DNA of 61,674 nucleotides, the filler included, from a bacterium (GTDB lineage Bacteria; UBP15; UBA6099; JAJRTR01): NCBI GenBank assembly GCA_024278215.1. It is 6 parts of 6 records of this genome, joined end to end, with 100 filler letters (N's around TTAATTAATTAA, not from the genome) between each part and the next. Parts side by side here need not be neighbours in the genome. Positions count along the whole stretch, not along the records: positions 40,213 to 57,010 come from JAJRTR010000142.1; 5 more parts are not named here. One strand, written 5' to 3'. Shown here one piece after another: positions 46,911-54,600 of the stretch. The notes beneath the pieces were generated by a model. It was not told the DNA's origin. It saw nothing but the letters and a program-made list of their open reading frames with translations, and searched no databases. Positions within the stretch are counted from its first letter, which is position 1. Each line of letters begins with the position of its first letter. A program made the translations under genes and the position numbers.

Positions 46911-49118
46911 TCATTCATTTACATAAATGGCAGGGCCGGTTATGGTGCTCCCCGAGATCAGGACGGAATCACCGGTAGACGTTTCCAATGTGATATTGCC
47001 CGGTTCCGCCGCGATTCTGACTTGCGGTTCGGTCGGAGCTGCTACGGTTGTTCCGCCGCCGCCGCCGCAACCGGCGATATATGTTACGGCGACTAACGCG
47101 GGAATGATAATAAACACCGTTTTCGCGATGCGGACGGGCTCCGCGCCGAAGAAGAACATTCCGAGCAGAAGGAAAGCGGCGAGCGCGCCTGCGACAGTTG
47201 TCAACGCCACCGCCGATTTGCTCGAATCTGTCGAAACGAAACCGGCCGATTGTGTTCGCGCGACCTGTGCGCCTATATCGAATCCGAGAAGAAGTGTTTT
47301 TTCTTCGCCCGATGTGAATGACGCGCTTAGCCCGGAGAATGTGATTGTGGTGAGATCGACGCCGGAGACCTGCGCGAGGGCTGTGTCGCCGCTGTCTACA
47401 AGGCCGTCGCCGTTGCTGTCGATGTACAGGTTCCACGTGATGCCGACACCGGTCTGTCCCTGTCCTGTGTTCGAGTAGGAGATGGATTTCAGGCCGGCGT
47501 CGATGTTGGTTTTAAGATTCATCGAGTGCGCTGTCACGAAGGACGCGCCGGAGGAGGCGGAGACGGTTCTCTGCGGCGGCGGCGAGACGGGCGTTTCGAT
47601 TTCAGCGCCTTCGTCCAGGGTCAGCGTAAAACTCTGGTCGTCGGCGGTTGTGTGGACGTTGTTGACAATGAGCGCCGCGGAATTATATGTCGAACCGAAG
47701 CCGCTGAGGGCGAGTTCACCCGCACCGTTTGAGAGAGAGAGATTACTTGTCACAGGTGTGCCGCCAACGTCTTTGACAACCGACACGCGCCAGTCGGCGG
47801 ATGTCGAACCTGAGAATTTCACAGTCGGTTTTATTGTCACGTCGCCCGAAGGGTATTCGATCTCATAAAATTTCGCCGCGAGGTGGTCCAGCTTGTCCGT
47901 CTCCGTTACTGTTCCGCTGGAAACATCAAGTGTTTTTGTCGTGACATCGGGGAAATACGACAGCGATCCGTCGACATAATCCTTTGTATAATTTGCGATA
48001 TTGAAGTCTCTGTATACAGTTTCGACGTCGGTGCCGTCGGCGACGAGCAGCGAGTCGACAAGGGGAATTTCGCTTGTGTTCTGGTCGCACCAGGCATGGT
48101 TGCTGAGGTTCAGACATTCGGTTTTCATCTGCGCCCACAAGTCGACGACGAATTGCGGGTTGGAGACATTCTCTGTGATGTCCCTGAAGAAGATACTCGC
48201 GCCGTAGCCGAGAACATCGCTGAATGAGAAGTAATCAATGGAAACATCCATGTTCTGGTATCTGGCGCCGAGGTACTGGTAGACGTAGTCGTCGACATCG
48301 GGATACACTTCGTCTTCCATCCAGACTGCGTTGGATTCGAGCAGCCAGTATGTGGGGGCCTGGTAGTTTATGGCGAATTGAATGGAGTGGAAGAATTCGT
48401 GGGCGAATATAACAGAGACGAACTCTTCGGTCGAAGTAGTCGGGTAGGTGTTGACATTGCTGTAATCGTTGTCGACCTCGATGTAAGTGGCGGCGATGTA
48501 GTCGGGATAGAGTGTTTCGGTCCATGTGCGGCCGAGGATGCCGCCGCCGGTGCCGCCCAGGAGGTCACAGACGTAAATGCGTGATTTTCCGTCCGTGTGG
48601 CTGGTGACAGGTTCCGGCAGCCCGAGTGTAGTGACTTCATAGTTCCATGAATATTCCGCAATCGAAAGCAGGCTTTGCACAAAAGCGGTTGTCGTTCTGT
48701 GGGAGCTGAGAAGCGAGGTCGTATAGACGACTCTGAAATGAGTGGAGTCCATCGTTTCATCATCCGACTCGGAGATGACTTCCGTGCAACCGTTGCTCTG
48801 CACGGAGTTCACCGAGCGCGCGCCGTTGCGCCAGTCGCCAACCTCGATGTAGCGTGAAAGCGTGTCGCGTGTGGACTGGCGCAGGTTGTCCCAGTTTCTG
48901 ACGACATTCAGTTCGGCGAGTGTGGGGTCGAGCCGCACGCCACCGACAAGCGCGGGCCGGGCAGCGGACTTGCCGCCCGGGGCGACATAATAGAGGTAGT
49001 TGTCGAGCACATCGCTGTCGAGGTCGGCACGTGCGACAGTGATGCCGGCATACAGGGCGAAAACCGTCACCGCCGATATGATCAAAGCGGTCACAATCGT
49101 ATTTTTAGAAGGTCTCAT
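46911..49118 (-). CDS. Secreted HEFFH zinc metallopeptidase (MXAN_6640-like) with a C-terminal membrane anchor
   Basis: STHFRVVYT, AHEFFHSIQF, WLLESNAVWMED; two hydrophobic helices followed by IAGCGGGGG. Confidence 0.8.
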   Translation of the reverse strand: MRPSKNTIVTALIISAVTVFALYAGITVARADLDSDVLDNYLYYVAPGGKSAARPALVGGVRLDPTLAELNVVRNWDNLRQSTRDTLSRYIEVGDWRNGARSVNSVQSNGCTEVISESDDETMDSTHFRVVYTTSLLSSHRTTTAFVQSLLSIAEYSWNYEVTTLGLPEPVTSHTDGKSRIYVCDLLGGTGGGILGRTWTETLYPDYIAATYIEVDNDYSNVNTYPTTSTEEFVSVIFAHEFFHSIQFAINYQAPTYWLLESNAVWMEDEVYPDVDDYVYQYLGARYQNMDVSIDYFSFSDVLGYGASIFFRDITENVSNPQFVVDLWAQMKTECLNLSNHAWCDQNTSEIPLVDSLLVADGTDVETVYRDFNIANYTKDYVDGSLSYFPDVTTKTLDVSSGTVTETDKLDHLAAKFYEIEYPSGDVTIKPTVKFSGSTSADWRVSVVKDVGGTPVTSNLSLSNGAGELALSGFGSTYNSAALIVNNVHTTADDQSFTLTLDEGAEIETPVSPPPQRTVSASSGASFVTAHSMNLKTNIDAGLKSISYSNTGQGQTGVGITWNLYIDSNGDGLVDSGDTALAQVSGVDLTTITFSGLSASFTSGEEKTLLLGFDIGAQVARTQSAGFVSTDSSKSAVALTTVAGALAAFLLLGMFFFGAEPVRIAKTVFIIIPALVAVTYIAGCGGGGGTTVAAPTEPQVRIAAEPGNITLETSTGDSVLISGSTITGPAIYVNE

Positions 49119-49204
49119 AAAGTTTGCTCCGTTGTTATTTTTCGAATATATTCATGTCCGGCTATAGTCGGTACACCATATAGATTGCTTTTCTGACTTA
49201 AAGT

Positions 49205-49387
49205 TAAACCGGATTTCTCGAACAGGAAATCCGGTGGAATCGTGATAACACCCATTCTACCGCGTTGCGACGGTGATTCGGGATCGGTCACACACCAACA
49301 GCAAGTTCCCACACCACTCACATGCCGCGCCTTGTATTTCAGGTGTTCTCCCGATTTTGAACCCGCATTTGTGAAATATGCGGGATA
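49205..49387 (+). mobile_element. Family B element, short diverged variant
   Basis: TAAACCGGATTTCTC..GAAATCCGG ... GATTCGGGATCGGTCAC ... CCCGCATTTGTGAAATATGCGGGATA. Confidence 0.8.
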
Positions 49388-49505
49388 ATACATTAATTAT
49401 AAATCATATTTGACAAAAGTCTTACACATCGACATGAAAATGTTTCCGGGAATATATTGCCGAAACCGGCTGAAACGGGAAATAGACTGGCCGGAGGATC
49501 AATAA

Positions 49506-51551
49506 TTATTGGGGAAAGGTGAGTGAACAATCTGTTTTTGCCTTGATAGCGAAACCTTCCCACGAGGGTATCTCGTAGGAGTCCGAGGCGGAAACCTGTA
49601 TGAACGCCGGCGGGACAGTGTCTGTGGCGTACCTGTAGAATACGGGATCGAGACAGTCGCCGGCTTCAGTCGAGCCGAGGGCGTAGTCCGTCTGGCCGAT
49701 GGTTACTGTTATTGAACTGTCCCAGACGGTTGGATCATCCGCCGGGAGAGAAACCATATTCCAGCCCTCTTTGATGCTTATCGTGTGGTCGGAGTCGGCC
49801 ATTCCTGTAAAAACAGCAGTGAGTGGTTCTTCGAGATAAATCCAGTAGGCTGATGTCCTGCCGGGTGGGTCGATGACGGATGAGCCGGCGGAATAAAGAC
49901 CGTCCGCGAAGCCAACTATTCTTGTATCCGAGGGTACGCCGAAAGCCTCATAAGCCGTCTGCTCGGTCGTGTTGAAAGGAGTTCCCACGAGATGCCAGCC
50001 GATTGAGAAATCGTGGTTAAGATCGTATACCGGCCCTTCGTACCTTGTGAAATCAAGATCGTAATATTTGTTGTTGCCCTCTGTGGAAGTGTTGTCGACG
50101 ATAACGACGAAAGAATCGCAGTCGGAGTTGGGGCCGATGGATATCAAGTTTTTCGAGGCCGTGCCGTCCGTCACCGTCAGATTCTCGGTAGTGAAGGCAC
50201 CCGTATGTGATTCTTTAACAAGCGAAACCCGCCATTCGACATCCGTGGCCTGTGTCTGAAAAGAAAAGTCATATTGGATTATAGACGATGCTTCGGGTTC
50301 CGCGACTTTGTAAAATTTCGCCGCGAGGTGATCCAGCTGGTCGTTGTTTGTTTCGGTGCCGGAGACCTGTTTCGTAGTTACATCGGGGAAATAATCGAGG
50401 CTGCCGTCAACGTAGTTTTTAGTGTAATTACTGGTATTGAAATCCCTGAAAGTGTCGTGGATGTCGGTGGAATACCCTTGCAGGAGTTCGTCGATGTAGG
50501 GTATCTCGTTTACCTGATACACACACCATGCGAGAGAGGGGTCGACGATACATTTCTGTTTGAAAGTTGTCCAGAGCGTTTTGACGAAGTTGTCGTCGGC
50601 GACATTCTCGGTTATGTGGTGCATAAAAATCGACGCACCGTACATGAGGATGGATTCGCTGCCCAGGGAAGTGTCCAGACTCTGGAAGAAGTAAGGCAGA
50701 TACTCGCTTACATAATCGTTGACATCGGGATAGACGTAGTCTTCCATCCATACCGAGCTCATTTCCATGAGCCAGGAGCTAGGTATGTCGTAGCTTATGC
50801 CGAACTGTATCGCGTGGAAGAACTCATGCGCCTGAACGACGGAAACGTATTCATTGAGAGTAATGCCGTGATTAAAGGTGATGCCGTTATAGTCGTTGTC
50901 GATCTCGATATAGGTAAGCGCCGAGTCGTCCGCGTATATGTCGCTTGTCCAGGTGCGTCCGAGCGGGCCGCCCGAGCCGACGAGATCGCAGATGTAGACG
51001 CGGTAGAGATTATCGTCCTGCAGCTTCGGCGGTGGAAGCCCGTACTGATTTATCTCGGTATCCCAGATATGTTCCGAGATGCTCAGGACGTCACTGACAT
51101 ATTGCGAGGTGGCGGCGTGCTGTCCGGAGGTGGTATAGATAACGCGAAAATGTTCGGAGTCCGCATAGGAATCCTGTGTTTCGTCGAGCACTTCAGTGCA
51201 GCCGGTTACCGCCACACTGTAGACAGACCGATGTCCGTTTCGCCACGGGCCGAGCGTGATGTAGCGGGAGAGAATTTCGCGCGACTGCGCACTGAGATCG
51301 TCCCAGCCGCGCACGACATTGAGTTGTGCGAGTGTCGCGCTCGGATAATGCGATCGTGCAGCTCTCGCGGTGTTCCTCTGCGCACCCGAGCCGTCACCGG
51401 TGTAGTATAGAAAATCGTTTACTACTCTGCTGTCGAAGTCGTCGGCGCTGCCGGTGGCTGAAAATGCGGCAGTGGTAAGAAGGCACAGGAAAACAATCGC
51501 CGCAAATGCTACGACAGCGAAAAAACTCGTTTTGTTCTGTTCTGCACGCAT
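49506..51551 (-). CDS. Paralogous HEFFH metallopeptidase with a C-terminal GWN-repeat domain
   Basis: SEHFRVIYT, AHEFFHAIQF, WLMEMSSVWMED; tail IGWHLVGTP...EGWNMVSLP...SWEGFAIKA. Confidence 0.8.
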   Translation of the reverse strand: MRAEQNKTSFFAVVAFAAIVFLCLLTTAAFSATGSADDFDSRVVNDFLYYTGDGSGAQRNTARAARSHYPSATLAQLNVVRGWDDLSAQSREILSRYITLGPWRNGHRSVYSVAVTGCTEVLDETQDSYADSEHFRVIYTTSGQHAATSQYVSDVLSISEHIWDTEINQYGLPPPKLQDDNLYRVYICDLVGSGGPLGRTWTSDIYADDSALTYIEIDNDYNGITFNHGITLNEYVSVVQAHEFFHAIQFGISYDIPSSWLMEMSSVWMEDYVYPDVNDYVSEYLPYFFQSLDTSLGSESILMYGASIFMHHITENVADDNFVKTLWTTFKQKCIVDPSLAWCVYQVNEIPYIDELLQGYSTDIHDTFRDFNTSNYTKNYVDGSLDYFPDVTTKQVSGTETNNDQLDHLAAKFYKVAEPEASSIIQYDFSFQTQATDVEWRVSLVKESHTGAFTTENLTVTDGTASKNLISIGPNSDCDSFVVIVDNTSTEGNNKYYDLDFTRYEGPVYDLNHDFSIGWHLVGTPFNTTEQTAYEAFGVPSDTRIVGFADGLYSAGSSVIDPPGRTSAYWIYLEEPLTAVFTGMADSDHTISIKEGWNMVSLPADDPTVWDSSITVTIGQTDYALGSTEAGDCLDPVFYRYATDTVPPAFIQVSASDSYEIPSWEGFAIKAKTDCSLTFPQ

Positions 51552-51642
51552 CTTGATTTTGCGTTCACATTACAAAAATGTTGAAGAACACAGCGGCAAA
51601 ATAATATTGTCACGATTGACCTGCAAGCAGCGGTTAATCAGC

Positions 51643-54600
51643 TCAGGGCTCGAACTGGTCGGGGAACAGAAGTGTGCAATCTTCGAGCGCCTTGATCATG
51701 AAACCGACCCAGGGCTGCATGATATGATCATCGTCGATCCCTATTTTGTCCTCATATCCGTATGGTTCGGTGCTTCCGTTATACTCGTAAATATATGGTT
51801 CGATGTATTTGTCGGCATCCGTGCTGCCCATCTGGTATGTTACACCTTTATAAGAAACAGCCATTTCATTGTTCCAGGCGATCGGGAGGTTATAGGGGAC
51901 GGAAACCATGTTCCAGCCTTTGTAAAGCTGAACCTGATTGGTCGTCGAAGCTATGCCGGTTGATTTAGCCGTTGTCTGTGCTTCGAAGTATACCCAGTAG
52001 CACTTGCCAGGTACGGGTGCGCTGTGGCTTTTATAAATGTATTTCTTGTTGCTGATCTCGAAGAATGTCATGCCGTTGAGCCCCAGCGCCGCCGAAACTT
52101 CACCGATGGCGGGCTGAAGCGGTACGCCGACAAGATTCCAGCCTGCGGAGAATGTGTGCTGCAAAGTCACAGTCGGCGGACCGTCGCTGATGACAATCTC
52201 GGATGTGCTCCCGTACCCGCTGACATTTCCGGCTTTGTCTGTCGCCCTTGCGTGAAGATAGTTCACGCCGAAGAGCAGGCCGGAAACAGTTATCTGGAAA
52301 ACGCCGTTGCCGTTCGCCTGGGCGGTTCCGTTGGGGAGGGCGGTGTCCGAAGCCGGATTCGTGCATTCGCTGAAGATGGTGTCCCATATCTCACCGGTGC
52401 CGCAGGTGTTGTTGCTTATGTCCTCGTCGATGAATGTGTCGCCGTCGTTGTCGATGCCGTCGGCGCCGTTAGGTTCTTCGTCCGCGCGACCGTCGCCGTC
52501 GTTGTCGAGCTGGTCGTCGGCGCCCATGTCCAGGTCGAGTTTTACAAAGACCTCGACGTAGGCGTAAGGTTCGGGATTATTGCTCTGGTCGTAAACATAG
52601 CTGTCTAGGCTGGTGACCTGCGTGAAGAAAGTTTCGAGCGGCGAGCCGTCGGTTGTCAAAACGATATCCGGCGCTTTCGGCGCTTTTGTGTCGGTGATAA
52701 ACGTCGCTCCAAGAAGCGGGGCGGTGCCGGAGGCTGCATTGCCAGCCATGTCCGTCGCGTCGAAGGTTACAGAAGTGTATCCGTCGATGTATGAGGACCC
52801 GTCGTCGGTGTTCACGGTATAGGTGGACTTGAACAATTTGTACGTGGTATCCAGAGCGGTCGCGGCGTTTGAATCGTCCGTGCTGCCCGGCTGGTTGATA
52901 TTGACGGTCGGAACGTCCGAAAGCCTTTCGTTGGTGGTGATTCTCATATATACGTTTCCGGCTTTGGATATCGGGTAGAGATCGACGCTCGTCTTCATCG
53001 GTTCGAGCAGGTTCGAGTCGAGCCAGTACGTTACGGAGAAGGTGGGAGCTTTCGTGTCTATGTTGAGGTACGCGCCGTGTTCGGGCAGTGTGTCGTCCGG
53101 GGTTACATTTCCTTCGCTGTCTTCGCCGATAACAATGATTTCCGCGTCGCCATCGATGTAATCGTCTATGCTTTCGGAGTGTACGGTGAAAACGCCGCGG
53201 AAGTAAACATTAGAACCGTCGATGGACTCTGTAATCTTGTTGCTGATATCCTGGTCGCCCTGCTGGTCCACGGAGAAAGTGGGCGGGTTGGGCAGGCCGC
53301 CCACTTCGAGGGCGGTTATGTGCATGTACACGTCGCCTGCTTTCGCTGTCTGTTTTCCCGTGGCGCCGTCGATAGTCTCAAGAGGTATGGTCAGGGCGGC
53401 GTCCGAGTAGTAGGTGACAAGGAACTTGGGCGCGCCCGAGTCCAGCACGATGATGCATTGCCCCTTTGAGGAATCGTAAAACGGCGTTAAGGAAGAACAG
53501 CCTTTCGAGCCGACGTTTCCGCCCGCGTCTATCACGATCCCCTCGATGACGTTCTCGCCTTCGCGCAGGAATATTCCGGGGGGGTCTTCGTCGATTTTAG
53601 TGTCGCCGTCGTCGTCGGCGCCGTTGACAGGGTCCTCGTTAACGTAACCGTCGTTGTCGTAATCTATACCTTCGGGATCATTGATGTTGGTCCCGAGATC
53701 GAACGCGCCGTTTTCGTCGGTGGTAACGGTGCCGATGTAAATATCGTTGACATAGATGTTGACCTGCGCGTTTTTTTCGATATTAGTGCCTGTCATAGCT
53801 GTGCCTGAAAGCGGCGATGTCGTATTCGACGTGGGTGTGGTGACGGCGTTGAAGATGGGGAGGCCAGGCGGCGAGCTGTCCACGGTGAACATGCGGGTGA
53901 AGCCGGAGCCGCTACGGTTGTAAGCTTCGTCGAAGGCGATGACGCGCCAGTAGTAATCGCCGTCGGCCAGGCCGGGACAGCTTGCGCCGGTGTCCGGGCC
54001 GCAGGAGGGCGGCACCTGTGTCGTGCAGGATGCCGAGGAGCATGTGCTCGATGCCCAGTCGCAGTTGCTGTCGTTCTCGCAATCGTCTTCGGACGAATAA
54101 CCCGAGCATGAGTAGCCGGCTTCCCACTCGCAGTACGTGTCGTTCTCGCACGATGCCTGTGTCGAATAGCCGGCGCAGTAGTAGCCGGAATCCCATAGGC
54201 AGTTTTCATCCGCCGAGCAAGTTGTGTAAGTGGTGTAGCCGTCGCATCCTTCATACGTATAGTTGTCGCACTCGGCTATGTCGTCGATCAATAGAGTGTA
54301 GTTATAATTCGTCTGTCCGTTATCAGTAATAACGGCATTGGCGGCGATATTCGTAAAGGCCGCCGAAGTGGCGACTTCGAGCGAGTATTCGAGCATATCC
54401 GAAGGCGCGGAAGACATAGTCCATCCGAATTTGGGAGTGGCGGTGTTGAGCGTCTCGCCAGCCGCCGGGGTGTTGAGTGTCGGCGACGGCGGACCGGTTG
54501 TGTCCACCTCGAATGTGTTGGAATCATATATCGGGTTGCCAACCTGGTCGGTGAGGAAGAACGGGCTGCTGGTGGCGGTGTCGCCCAGTATCATCTGGGC

